Numbered from the stretch's first letter, positions 10,501 to 18,788 are shown. The stretch is DNA of 64,000 nt from Candidatus Eiseniibacteriota bacterium (GCA_043809585.1 JBDROZ010000025.1:1-64000), one strand, 5' to 3'. Numbers and translations: made by a program. Notes: generated by a model from the sequence alone, not told the origin.

Positions 10501-11135
10501 CCGCCTCTTCCGACGGTCTTGTTGTCGACGAGAACGTTGTGCGTGATCGTGGGGGACCCGACTCGGATCGTGACGCCCCCTCCGTCCCCGGTGGTCCGGT
10601 TCGTGCCGAGAACGGCGAAACCGGAGAAGACGGTGTTGCTGTCCGGCCCGCTCAAGACCCACGCCGTGTCGATGACGAGATCGGGGTCGGTTCCCGTCGT
10701 GTCGAACACCATGAAGGAATCGACCTCGAACTCCACCCCCAGGTTGCCCGCCGGCGTGAGGAACGTCCAGAGACTGTCGGGGGCGAAGAGCCGCTGGTCG
10801 ACGGATGCCCCGAAACCGGCGAACGCGGCCGCGATGTCCCATCCGCCGAGGAGCACGACACCCTTCGGAATCGTGGCGGAGCCCGGGTACGAACGGCCGG
10901 TGGTGAGAAAAGCGCGGAATGGAATGCCGGCGACGAGCACCGTATCGCCGGGGACCGAAAGGTCGAGCGCTCCTTGCACCGTTCCCGCCGCGAAGAAAGG
11001 ATTGTCGTACGGCGGGACGGGGACGTTGCCGAACTGAGTCGTGTTCGCGACGTACCGGGTCGCCCCTTCCGCGCCGCAGGGCGGGATCAGGAGCAGGCCC
11101 GCGAGGATCAGGAAGAACGCGTTTCGGCCCTTCAT
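4512..11135 (-). CDS. Large secreted protein (2207 aa): six tandem right-handed beta-helix modules plus C-terminal FlgD-Ig/T9SS-type sorting domain
   Basis: Signal peptide MKGRNAFFLILAGLLLIPPCGAEG. Repeated modules YV..FPY..A..GDT(I/V)..GTY..GG(W/Y)...GGA(I/V)..P.I.NN...NP.FC...GA..VGC. C-terminus YGNTPNPFNPVTRI.F...VYDIRGR...WDGKD...SGVYFYRL...RKMMLIR. AGGAG SD. Confidence 0.9.
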   Translation of the reverse strand: MKGRNAFFLILAGLLLIPPCGAEGATRYVANTTQFGNVPVPPYDNPFFAAGTVQGALDLSVPGDTVLVAGIPFRAFLTTGRSYPGSATIPKGVVLLGGWDIAAAFAGFGASVDQRLFAPDSLWTFLTPAGNLGVEFEVDSFMVFDTTGTDPDLVIDTAWVLSGPDSNTVFSGFAVLGTNRTTGDGGGVTIRVGSPTITHNVLVDNKTVGRGGAVFVGGGSPRIEHNTVAFTVSDQEAGAIHVAGGSPTIRNNIIYAIADGYGISCDGAADSPLIAYNVFFDNGGNDIVGCSGDGTNLFATNPVFCNDVDQDYRIFLESPILGAGANGETPGAWGIGCRAGTKYVSIQTGRDVFPYDEPNKAATSIADVLTITSPGDTIRVASGTYVENVVIPAGIVLEGGWDANFNVFDPFLLGTRIRPAEAESPAIRIQGSAATNFSYLVLTGAFDGDGALLDIGEGAATLDHISVVGNDAAFSGSLIRISSGASMLFRYGMAAMNEGAAVFECDGGLTIEQSNFYENEQEFAPGCSPSLSDTTRTNPFFCDPANGDFRFYSEGDLNDPAPGGTPLGALSVGCNFSSHYVFTTAGDGVFPYQSPANATSDISKVLAIALPADTIRLASGTYDGVFTVSKGIYLEGGWNDSTFTKRNHAVYPTVLRGTVAGEPTVTFDGFASQFAPKGGLDGFFITHADGVNGPGILVRRGARPVLRRNTVHANRVDFVSRPDHRAAGVIIQGANVDSQSVATLRNNTIAENVMEGAATSDLAASGIFIRFAGVGSTDKFSFRDNIFAFNEGGRAGLVLDDVWVEFVRNISFGNVNAAAADSNYVSVSPFVTFDSTKIKVRDPLFCDTEGGDFKLSTCSPAIASVSGDTVIGALKISSRCICDNEVWLVNPASSNARFPFSGRNSASRKISWLDSLLTAGDTVKIGGGSFEDEFELVGGVVYKGGYSVETFRDNNRGRVSRIAGNSAHRVVFGGDGVDSTTWVDGINIAGGRADSGGAIFLRGNATPRFTNCKIIESRANITGGAVLAIEDAAPRFENNQFYLNSVDDEGAIIHLAGAGGLLADNTITDNRGGGWAVWVDGCAPELYNNSITYNDNGVRATGSTGVIFDHNNVFRHDVDYDVDFDSTGQANISNGPLYCRRDQYIYTVFDHSPNVAAGRNGTIIGALGVGCSTPRHFVSLSGSNVYPYATAATAAHNLQDALDVASLAGFSNPADSTDEVRVAAGTYTGSIRVPTNVRVLGGYTSGFGVRDPDANRTIIDAAGSGTAVVIDSGAGGVGRRTTRFDGFTVQGGKGDLGGGIRVEKAGRPQVYDNYIRHCDATLGGGIYVAEGAVPILARNLVYGDTAEVGAGLYMVQSVGAEFQTTSRCTLNTFADNHCTVDTGGVVHLTGSNPRFYKNIVAYSTGGSGFFFEGDTAYVRNNLFWQNAGGDSLPLGHGGAHVIADPGFCDREAEKYGVLFDLDAITAGESPIRDQCAVTVWGSEGVGCTRPGHRFLVYWDHTNINRPVFPYVCSQNAARSLSVVFDRVNPGDTIDVAGSGPNNDLPLDGAVYDGVLTLDKPVVLRGGFDAAFTLEHPHPDSFNLRTVIAAPGWRNFQRSAGSLLTIRQSGEAAENGTLIIDSSTVVSGIMFVNGRAELTNGGAIRCLDGASPTIRDCWFEKNSSKNWGGAISMSDAVSPRIYDNYFYRNEGGVGGAVYLFRTSDPVIRGNIFSENEADEYGGLRMEKLTGGASIDNNVFRKNARGAISLSEPEGSVIIRNNVVTRNGGYGIGLFPYFDGIRKPELSYNNVWANSSGQFRNLEGGEGSVSTNPLFCNTRNPVDTLFHRAKTDFFTYQECSPMLFAGSDPLSDLNAHIGQARLSDPVCADTVSPGLTIAFVLHSTIPGAANVYVIPTETIRRDSILLRMMYADEEQEEVVIGNDTLLLTVYNFDSTEVEMERSDTALSIFRSDNLELRTADTLIVEARAVDLCGKVGTVRRFFSSRQFVTGKDGVMRSTDRRLLVRVPASSFGKSGVALMEVLEKNDGPERPLAGPYTLHLTQIAPRGPIELTVGAAGLGVETEDFSGLALYRLEEDGWAHVESRVDPAREEVVATVEGGGTFALFHSAEIRSGTVVPKTFALYGNTPNPFNPVTRIVFDIPVREEVSLRVYDIRGRQIRVLEDAPLPAGRYDYSWDGKDDHSRSVGSGVYFYRLTAGEDTAVRKMMLIR

Positions 11136-11231
11136 GGCAACGTATGGCTCCTTTCTCGTATCCGAACGGGGAGCTCCCGCGTCGGGCCGCAGCGTCCGAG
11201 GCCGGCACCCGGGGCTCCCGCAAGAGGCGCA

Positions 11232-11260
11232 ACTATACCAACCGATTGAAATCGTGTCAA
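11232..11260 (-). promoter_or_regulatory. sigma70 promoter for the 2207-aa gene and the TPR lipoprotein
   Basis: TTGACA-17 bp-TATAGT with a TG extended -10; the -35 overlaps the asparaginase stop codon. Confidence 0.8.
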
Positions 11261-12279
11261 TTGTACCTCCCGGGCCAGTCGGCCTCGGGGGAGGCCGCGA
11301 ACCGGAAGTCGCATTCCAGCCGTCCCACCTCGCGGCCCGCCCAGTTTCTCATCGGCAAAGCGGTGATTCCTCCGTCCGGTTCGGAGAGAGCGCCGAGCAG
11401 TCCGAGCGCGTGCCTCACCACGGGCCCCATGTCCTCGAAGTAGCCGTCCTCCATCTTGAGGGCGAAGCCGAGCCTCCGGTCGAGGAGGCCGACCCCGATG
11501 ATTCCCATGGCGCCCTGCTTCGAAAACACGCGTCCCCCTCCCTCCCGCATCACGTCCGTGTCGACCCGGTCGGTGCCCGCGATCAGATCCGGGCGGGCGA
11601 CGGCGGCGCTCACGATCCTGGCCGCGGCGGAGCGGCGCGGTTCCGGCAGGTCCCCCGTCGCCACCCGGGCGAAACCACGGGCGACGGCCCTCACCGGAAG
11701 CGCGAAGGTCGGGATCCCGCATCCGTCCACCCCGGTCTCCGCCGGGCCGAAGCGGACGCCGGTGACCTCCTCGATCGCCTCCTTGACCGCCCTCTGCACC
11801 GGGTGGTCCGGGTCGAGATACGAATCGAGGGGCCAGCCCTTCAGCTTGGCGAGGGCGAGCATACCGGCGTGCTTCCCCGAGCAGTTGTTGTGAATCGGTC
11901 CGAAACTGCCGCCCCGGCAGATCACCTCGTATCGGGACCTCTCGTGAAAGGGGGGATGCACCCCGCCGCGGAGATCCTCTTCCGAGATCTCGACCCGGTC
12001 GAGGATCTCGCGCACCGTATCGATGTGAATCCTCTCGGCGTTGTGGGAGGCGATCATCACGGCCAGGTGACGGTCTTCGAGACCGAAGGCCTCCATTCCC
12101 CCCGCCTCGACGAAGGGGAGCGCCTGAAACGGCTTGGCGGCGGACCGTAGAAAGGCGACGTGGTCCGGGTTGCCGATGGAGGCGACCAAACGGCCCTCCC
12201 CGTCGACGACCGCCGCGTGTCCACGACGCTCGCCTTCCGTCACACCCCCGCGCCGAGCACGAAGCAAGATGTTGTCCAT
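11257..12279 (-). CDS. L-asparaginase II (Rhizobium etli-type, class 3)
   Basis: Signature motifs RSAAKPFQA, ASHN and HNNCSGKHAGML, GVDGCGIP; likely start MDNILLRARRGG at 12279. Confidence 0.88.
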   Translation of the reverse strand: MDNILLRARRGGVTEGERRGHAAVVDGEGRLVASIGNPDHVAFLRSAAKPFQALPFVEAGGMEAFGLEDRHLAVMIASHNAERIHIDTVREILDRVEISEEDLRGGVHPPFHERSRYEVICRGGSFGPIHNNCSGKHAGMLALAKLKGWPLDSYLDPDHPVQRAVKEAIEEVTGVRFGPAETGVDGCGIPTFALPVRAVARGFARVATGDLPEPRRSAAARIVSAAVARPDLIAGTDRVDTDVMREGGGRVFSKQGAMGIIGVGLLDRRLGFALKMEDGYFEDMGPVVRHALGLLGALSEPDGGITALPMRNWAGREVGRLECDFRFAASPEADWPGRYN

Positions 12280-12398
12280 TCGGCGACTCTCTGCTCGTTC
12301 CGCCGCGGTCCCCGGCGCGAAGCGGAGGCGTCCCGGAGAACCCTCCGCTTCGTCCCGCCCCCCCTCGCCCCCCCCAATGCCGTGGTTCCGGCGCGGGG

Positions 12399-13919
12399 TC
12401 AGCGAACGATGATGAACTTGCCGACCCGCTCTCCGCCGGCGGGCGACTTGACGTAGTAGACATACACGCCGCTCACCACGAGATCCCCGCCGGCGTTCCG
12501 GGTGTTCCAATCCGAGTTCCCGCCCCCCGAGGGATCGTCATGCTCCCACTCGCGGACAAGGTCCCCTCCCACCGTGTAAACTCGGATCGTGGCCCGCTTC
12601 GGAAGATGGGTGAACTGGACCTTCTCCGAATCCTCCTCCCATGCCACGTTCCGCTTGTACGGATTCGGGACGACGAGGATTCGGGAGAGGTCTTCGGTGG
12701 CATCGGTCCGGGGGAAGACCCGGTCCGTCGCCCGAGCCTCGCTCTCACCACCGGTGAGCGTATCGAATGCGGTCACGAAGTAAGTGTAGGGGAATCCGTT
12801 GTGAACCCCTTCCCGGTCCACATAGCGGACCGGACTTGCGAGGAGGGTCTGGAGCTGGTCGTCGTCACAGAACGAGAGTTCCCTGAGAAGAACGAAGCGG
12901 TCCGGATTGGTGATGTCGCCCCGGTAGACCCGGTATCCGTCGATCTTGCGGTAGAGAACCTGCATGACGCCGAGGCTGTCGCCTCCGCTGGGCACGCTCC
13001 CCACGATCTCGGACTCGGTCACCGCCGATGTGTCGATGTCGACCGAGAGGGTCTCTCCCGATTCCGGGTCGATCTCGTAGGTCGTGTCGTAGACGGTCGT
13101 TTCGGTGAAGACGGTGTCCACGTCGATGGTGAGGGAGAGGCCGAACCGGAAAGGAACCACTTCCCCCGGCCGGCAGATCGTGATCTCCGTCTCTGCCGGA
13201 TCGGAAGAAGAGACCCGGTCCGTCTCCGTCCCCCCATGGAGAACGTAGTCCCAGGCGAGCTGGACGTCGTTCGACCTGACCCGAATGGTCAGTTTGTCTC
13301 CGGCGTTCACGTTCCCCGGTCCGAACCCGACCAGGACGCCATTCGAAACCGGGATCGAATCAATCCCGGCGCGGTAGTCGGCGGGAAGGGTCAGCGTGTC
13401 CGTGACCGGAACGTCGATCCAGAAGAACCGGACTCCCCCCCCGGAGGCGGTCCCCTCCGCCGTCAGGGTGTCGGAATCGAGCGCCACGAGCTGGATGTTA
13501 TGGTTCTCGCAGACGTCCGGCGCGCCCCCCGCGTAGGGAACTGCCGTACCGATCCAGTAGTTCGGACGGTCCGGATCGGCCGTTTGGGTGAGGATCCTGT
13601 CGACGAAAGGATCGGTGAACGTATCGACCGAGTTCGTGGTCCGGAAACTCATGTCCATGTCGCAGTGACCTGAATAATCGCCCAGCACCTTCAGGGTCGC
13701 CGTCCCCCCCCAGCTCGAGTCCTCCACGACGAGGTTCGAGATCACGGAGAGAGAGGGGTTCTGCCACTCGATGACGACCTCCCGGTCGAGAGGGGTCACC
13801 GTGATGTCGATGGGGGGAGTTTCTACCACGTTCTCCGCCCCGGCGGCGCCCGCCCCGGCGATCAGACCGACCACGGCGCCCGCGATCGCGAGCCGGAGAC
13901 CAAGCCTCGCTCTCATCAT
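12399..13919 (-). CDS. Secreted protein with FN3-like regions and C-terminal FlgD-Ig/T9SS-type domain
   Basis: Signal peptide MMRARLGLRLAIAGAVVGLIAGAGAAGA; GYRVYRG...NGFPYTYFVTAFD (FN3-like); C-terminus ILVVPNPY...IRVYTVGGDLVR...VSGVYVYYV...GKFIIVR. Start is uncertain (13919 or GTG 13976). Confidence 0.82.
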   Translation of the reverse strand: MMRARLGLRLAIAGAVVGLIAGAGAAGAENVVETPPIDITVTPLDREVVIEWQNPSLSVISNLVVEDSSWGGTATLKVLGDYSGHCDMDMSFRTTNSVDTFTDPFVDRILTQTADPDRPNYWIGTAVPYAGGAPDVCENHNIQLVALDSDTLTAEGTASGGGVRFFWIDVPVTDTLTLPADYRAGIDSIPVSNGVLVGFGPGNVNAGDKLTIRVRSNDVQLAWDYVLHGGTETDRVSSSDPAETEITICRPGEVVPFRFGLSLTIDVDTVFTETTVYDTTYEIDPESGETLSVDIDTSAVTESEIVGSVPSGGDSLGVMQVLYRKIDGYRVYRGDITNPDRFVLLRELSFCDDDQLQTLLASPVRYVDREGVHNGFPYTYFVTAFDTLTGGESEARATDRVFPRTDATEDLSRILVVPNPYKRNVAWEEDSEKVQFTHLPKRATIRVYTVGGDLVREWEHDDPSGGGNSDWNTRNAGGDLVVSGVYVYYVKSPAGGERVGKFIIVR

Positions 13920-14016
13920 CGCCGACCCCCGTTTCGCCGGCCCCGGCCGCCGGGCAACGTCAATTGCGAAGAACACATACAGCTCATTGCCCTCCTGCTG
14001 AGACTACGTGGGAGGT

Positions 14017-14025
14017 ATTCTACCA
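14017..14025 (-). promoter_or_regulatory. Extended -10 element upstream of the 12399-13919 gene
   Basis: Minus strand TGGTAGAAT, followed about 20 nt later by an AGGAGG SD. Confidence 0.45.
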
Positions 14026-14342
14026 CCCACAGGCTTCTACTTCGAGAAAAAGGAGCCGATCCGGGAGGCCTGCCGGTGTCACGATCGAGGCTCCTCGCCG
14101 CGGGAATCCGTCAGGCTCGTCTCCACGCAGAATGATCGGGCGGCGACGGGTGGGACGCTCCGGAAGGCACGCATCGGACCTCTCCCCTCTCGTGCGCCGG
14201 TCAGAGAAACCGCCTGGAGATCTCCCCGCGAACCCGCGCGGCATGGGGCGCGGGGAATCGGTTCCCGCCGTCGCGGGAGCGGGCCTCGGGGGGCGTCCGG
14301 GTCAGGACCGAGAAACCGGACCAGGTTCCCCCCGGACGATTC

Positions 14343-16373
14343 TTACATTCGCGTGTCCTCGCCGAACAAGGCGGTCAGAATCGTCTCGATCAGATCCCTC
14401 GTCTCGGTCGATCCGAAGTAGTAGAGCGGCATCCCCATGTACACCACATGGCCCCGGATCCCGTCCGAGGGAACCCAAAGAGCGACCGCCCGCATGTTCG
14501 GCGGTTCCGTACTGGTGAGGGGGTCTTCCGTCCGGCTGTAGGCGTAGAGCGGAACCACCCCCCGGTCCTTCCGGAACGTGAGACGTTCGCAGTTCCAGAG
14601 TCCATGGCGCTCGAAGAACTTCGAGCGCCTCTTGTCGACGTGGAGGTCGGGGAGGTTCGGCAGCAGCGCTTTCGCGCCCCATAGGAAGTCGGCGGTCTCG
14701 TCGAGCCAGGTCGTCTCGAGGGCGCAGTACTCGTACAACGGGTGGGGGAACGAGTCCGCCAACAAGGGTTGGTACCAAACCAGCTTCGACCCGCAGCTCT
14801 TCGGACTGGACGTCGGAAAGCACGGGTCGGGTATGGGGAGGGGCAAGGTGTCGTTGACTATGAAGTTGTTGTCCGGCAAGAAGTTCCATGTAGGGAAGAA
14901 CCCCAGAAGCAGCAGATTGCCGCCGGCGTCCACGTAAGACCAGATCGGGTTCACGTCGTTTCGGTGCCACTCGGCCACGAGCGGAACCTGGCCGCTCGAC
15001 CCATCCTCCGTCGGGAGAATGATGGTGGTGGAGCGGCTCATGATCCGGATCGGCGGATCCGGTTCACCCTCGGTCCGGGGATCGTAATACTGGTAGTTGA
15101 AACCCACGAGAACCGAGTCGGTCCAGAATCTCTGGTATTTCACTGGATTCGGATAAAAGGCCTCGGCCGCTTCCACGTGGAAGTTGTTCAGGAGCAGAAC
15201 ACGGGTGGTGTCGAGGTTGACCGGCCCCGCGAACACTTCAAAGGGGAACTCGCCGGTGACGATCTGTCCCGCCTCGTCCTTGGCGCGGGAGAAGAACGAG
15301 TGGCGGCCCCGGAGGGGGATGAACTCGCCTTGCTTGGGGAATCGGGTGTCCAAGATGTCCCAAGCGGACCAGAGGAGATTGTCGTAGGCGTGACTGTATC
15401 CCGTCACCACCCCGTCGTAGCTCCCGAGGTTGGCCGACCAGGAGAAGACGATGCGGGTCCCCTCGAAGATCTGCCCCACCTGATCCACGTTCGTGCCGCC
15501 CGTTCCCATCACGTTGGTCCGGATCGTGATGGAGCCCGCCGCGTTGTTGCTCGCCCCCCACTCCCGGTAGTTGACGCCGCGGACGGGGAGCTGTTCCACA
15601 GCGCCGGCGTCGTCGATGGACCGAATGAAGAACATATGCCGGTTCGCGCCGTCCACGCCGAATCCGGTCTCCAGGCCGCGGAGCACGACCTGGGTCGTGT
15701 CGGCCCCCACCCGGATCCAATCGAGCGTGTTCCACATCTTCTTGGTCACCCCGACGGCGTCGACGAAACCGTACCTCTCCCGGAGCCGCCCCTTGGTGGC
15801 ATGAAAGTACTGGTAGGCGGCCACGGAGTTGTCGGGGCTGTCCGGATCGAACCCCTCCCAGTGGATGCTGACCGCACGACCGCTCACGGAATTCATCGGC
15901 GGACCCTGAGTGATCTCGCTGCTCGGCGCGACGGTCGTGGAGTTGAAAGTCCGGTTCGCCGGACTCGGATCCCGGGCCCCCTTGTTATCCATGGCCCGTA
16001 CGAAAAAGGTGTGATAGCGGAAGAAGCGCTCCACCACCGAATCGGTCCCCGCCGAAGCCGTCAGGGTGTCGAAGATGCAGCAGGTGTCGCTCGACACGAC
16101 GAAGGTGGACCCGGTCAGCACGGTCTCGAACCACTCAGAAGTGTCGTCCCAGGCGTACTCGTATCCCTCGATCGCGCCGTCCACGTCGATGCCGAACCAC
16201 TTGAGATCCACGAGGTACGAGCTCTCTTTGAACCCTGCCGGCCCGCCGGAGATCGTCGTCGAGGGGGGCACGTTCGATTCGGGCGCCGTCGAGTCTACAT
16301 CGTCGCACGCGCCCGCGATCCAGAGGAGCGCGAACAGGGCGGCGGCGATTACGCTGAATCTGACGATTCTCAT
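14343..16373 (-). CDS. Lipoprotein with FN3/Ig-like modules and a C-terminal alpha/beta domain
   Basis: Lipobox IAGA-C; repeated module P.T.I..GP...W.G.D.D...FF(V/I)R(A/S).D..G; C-terminal RVLLL...YVDAGGNLLLLG. GGAG SD. Confidence 0.85.
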   Translation of the reverse strand: MRIVRFSVIAAALFALLWIAGACDDVDSTAPESNVPPSTTISGGPAGFKESSYLVDLKWFGIDVDGAIEGYEYAWDDTSEWFETVLTGSTFVVSSDTCCIFDTLTASAGTDSVVERFFRYHTFFVRAMDNKGARDPSPANRTFNSTTVAPSSEITQGPPMNSVSGRAVSIHWEGFDPDSPDNSVAAYQYFHATKGRLRERYGFVDAVGVTKKMWNTLDWIRVGADTTQVVLRGLETGFGVDGANRHMFFIRSIDDAGAVEQLPVRGVNYREWGASNNAAGSITIRTNVMGTGGTNVDQVGQIFEGTRIVFSWSANLGSYDGVVTGYSHAYDNLLWSAWDILDTRFPKQGEFIPLRGRHSFFSRAKDEAGQIVTGEFPFEVFAGPVNLDTTRVLLLNNFHVEAAEAFYPNPVKYQRFWTDSVLVGFNYQYYDPRTEGEPDPPIRIMSRSTTIILPTEDGSSGQVPLVAEWHRNDVNPIWSYVDAGGNLLLLGFFPTWNFLPDNNFIVNDTLPLPIPDPCFPTSSPKSCGSKLVWYQPLLADSFPHPLYEYCALETTWLDETADFLWGAKALLPNLPDLHVDKRRSKFFERHGLWNCERLTFRKDRGVVPLYAYSRTEDPLTSTEPPNMRAVALWVPSDGIRGHVVYMGMPLYYFGSTETRDLIETILTALFGEDTRM

Positions 16374-16388
16374 GATTTCTCTCCAGCC

Positions 16389-18713
16389 CTACTGGGGCCT
16401 GACGCGGAATCGCACCGTCCGGGTCGGACCGGCCTTGCCGCGGCCTACTCGATCAATAGGGGTGACCTTGAACTCGACTCGCTCCCGGATGCCGAAAGTG
16501 GCCAGCCGGACCTGGATCACTCCTTCTGAGGTTCCAAAGAGCCCGGAGGCGTCTCCGTCGTCGAGGAACACGTTTCCCACGGTTCGGAGCTCGTATTCGT
16601 AGATGAGGTTCCGAGGCGGTCCGTCATCGTCGAACCCCCGCATTGTGATCGTGACACTGTCGCGAGCGACAACGTCGGAGTTGACGGTAGGACTCTGAAT
16701 CTCCACATCCGGGGGGAAGTTCACCTGGAAGCTGAACCGCGCGCCGAAGCGCTCCCGGCGCCCGAAAGAATCGACCCCCCCCACCTCGAGGATGTAGCCG
16801 CTCGGGGGACTCGAAACGAGGGGCCCCGCCACGTCGCAGGAAACCATCGTCGACTCCAGGCTGTCCGCCGAGAAGAAACCGGCGCCTACGACCCCCCACC
16901 ATGAGCCGACCACCGAGTCGCCCTGCACCGTGTCCCTGTCGGTGTGGCGCCAGCAGAAGTGGATAATCGTCGAGTCGGGAAGGAGCGTGTCCGCCGCGGT
17001 GAGCGGAATCGGACCGGCGTCGGTGTAGGGGCCGGTCGCCCAAATGGTGTCCAGATAGGACTCGGGGTCGAAGTTCACCGTGAAGTGCCGCTCGGCCTTC
17101 TGTTCGCCCGAACTCCAAAGCCCGGTTTCATCCTTCGTCTCGACGGCGAAAACGTATTCGTCCTTGGGAGGGAGGTTCCGGTAAAAGATCTCCGTCGAAT
17201 CGGGCGCGACCTCGACCGGCTCGTTGTCGATCCCCTGGAGCTGGTAGCGGTACGCCACCACATGGCCGCCCGGGGAGACGCCGGACCAGCAGAACTTCAC
17301 GGACGAGAAGGCAAGAAGCGTCTCCGCTTCGGAGGGGCTCTCCGGACAGAATTCCGTGGCATTCTGCTCGAACAGGGTCACCGCCGTCGGGTCGGACGCA
17401 TCGAGAATACGGAGCCCGCGGTCGCCGTTGCCGGCGATCAGCGTGTCCCCCAAGAAGGAGACGCCGGTGATGTTTCCCGAAAACCCGACGTGGGAGCAGT
17501 AGGAAGGATCGGACGGATCGGCGAGGCTGAGGACACACACTCCGTTGAAGCTGTTCGCGACATAGACGTAATCGTTCCGGACCTTCACCTGGACCGCCCG
17601 GCCCTGGAGGTTGCGGCTCGACGTTGCCGTGAGGACTCCGTCCGCATCGACCCGGTACGTCGCGAGCCCCCCCTCACCGTTCGCGACGTAGAGATAATCG
17701 CCCAACGATTCGAAATCGAAGACCTCCTCTCCCGTCACGACCGGGGCGGGGTCCCCTTCGGGCAGGGAGAGAAGCACCAAGTCGCTCCGGCCGGGGCGGA
17801 ACGCGAGAACCACGATTCCCCGCCTCCCCCCCGCCGCGAAGACGAGACCGTCATTCGCCTCGACGCCGAAGAACTCGAAGGCGGGCGTCGGACGATAGCG
17901 GGCGAAGAAGACCGGTTCCTCGGGCACGGAGAGGTCGAGCACGACGATTCCGTTGAACCCGTCGGCGACGAAAAGGTAGGGCGCCTCGTAGTCGAGGGAG
18001 CGGGCACCCCCGAGCGTGTCATACCGGGTGACCAAGACTGGATTCGCCGGGACGGCGACATTGAATACGGCGATCCCCTTGTCCCCGTCCGCCATGAACA
18101 GGTAATCGCCGTCGGCAACGATATCGGAGGCGTACCCTCCCGTGAAATATGTGGTGATTCGGTCGATTCCCCCGCCTCCTAACTCGAAAACGTCGAGGCC
18201 GTTGTCGCCCCCCGCGAGGAACACGTGGGACCCGATCACGGCCATCCGGTTCGCCGTGTCCGTCAGCAGGATCGATCGCGGCGCGGCCTCGGTCTCGGCG
18301 AAGAACTCGACGAGCGCCGGCGTGGGGTCCTCCTTCCCTTCGTTGTCGATGGCCCGGACGTAGTAGCGATGATACCGGCGCTGGAGCTGGCCGAGAGGCT
18401 CATCGGTGGCCGTGTTGAAGACGAACTCGGAATCGCTCTTCGTGGTGAAGGCCCAAAACCCGCCACGGCTCGTATCGTCGACGGCGTACTCGAAGCCCCG
18501 AATCAGCCCGTCCGAATCGAATCCCTTCCAGAATAGATGGACCCGATAGAAGGCCCCCACGCTGTCTACGGGACCGCTGGTCAGCTCGGTTTCGGGCTCC
18601 TTGTTCTTGTCCGGCTCCGGCTGCTCGATCCCTTCACAACCCAACTGAAAGATGTAGAGCGCAGTAAGCGCCAGGGTCAGGACGATCAACTCCAAGACAC
18701 GCCGTCGCGCCAT
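16389..18713 (-). CDS. Lipoprotein with FN3-like modules and LVIVD-repeat beta-propeller
   Basis: Lipobox FQLG-C; repeats YLFMADGDKGIAVFNV..P..P, YLFVADGFNGIVVLDLS.P..P, YVYVANSFNGVCVLSLADP; N-terminal module is paralogous to that of 14343-16373. Confidence 0.88.
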   Translation of the reverse strand: MARRRVLELIVLTLALTALYIFQLGCEGIEQPEPDKNKEPETELTSGPVDSVGAFYRVHLFWKGFDSDGLIRGFEYAVDDTSRGGFWAFTTKSDSEFVFNTATDEPLGQLQRRYHRYYVRAIDNEGKEDPTPALVEFFAETEAAPRSILLTDTANRMAVIGSHVFLAGGDNGLDVFELGGGGIDRITTYFTGGYASDIVADGDYLFMADGDKGIAVFNVAVPANPVLVTRYDTLGGARSLDYEAPYLFVADGFNGIVVLDLSVPEEPVFFARYRPTPAFEFFGVEANDGLVFAAGGRRGIVVLAFRPGRSDLVLLSLPEGDPAPVVTGEEVFDFESLGDYLYVANGEGGLATYRVDADGVLTATSSRNLQGRAVQVKVRNDYVYVANSFNGVCVLSLADPSDPSYCSHVGFSGNITGVSFLGDTLIAGNGDRGLRILDASDPTAVTLFEQNATEFCPESPSEAETLLAFSSVKFCWSGVSPGGHVVAYRYQLQGIDNEPVEVAPDSTEIFYRNLPPKDEYVFAVETKDETGLWSSGEQKAERHFTVNFDPESYLDTIWATGPYTDAGPIPLTAADTLLPDSTIIHFCWRHTDRDTVQGDSVVGSWWGVVGAGFFSADSLESTMVSCDVAGPLVSSPPSGYILEVGGVDSFGRRERFGARFSFQVNFPPDVEIQSPTVNSDVVARDSVTITMRGFDDDGPPRNLIYEYELRTVGNVFLDDGDASGLFGTSEGVIQVRLATFGIRERVEFKVTPIDRVGRGKAGPTRTVRFRVRPQ

Positions 18714-18788
18714 TTTCCATTGCTCCGATCGTGCAACCCCAAGGGATTACAGGTGTAAGGGGACTTTTCCCTAACTCTTCGCGACGCG

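Noticed and set aside
14040-14340. GC-rich intergenic region with hairpins and a CCGGAAGG motif, considered as SRP RNA or a riboswitch
   Set aside because: It lacks the full SRP helix-8 consensus and any riboswitch motif I can recognise; hairpins are expected at this GC content.
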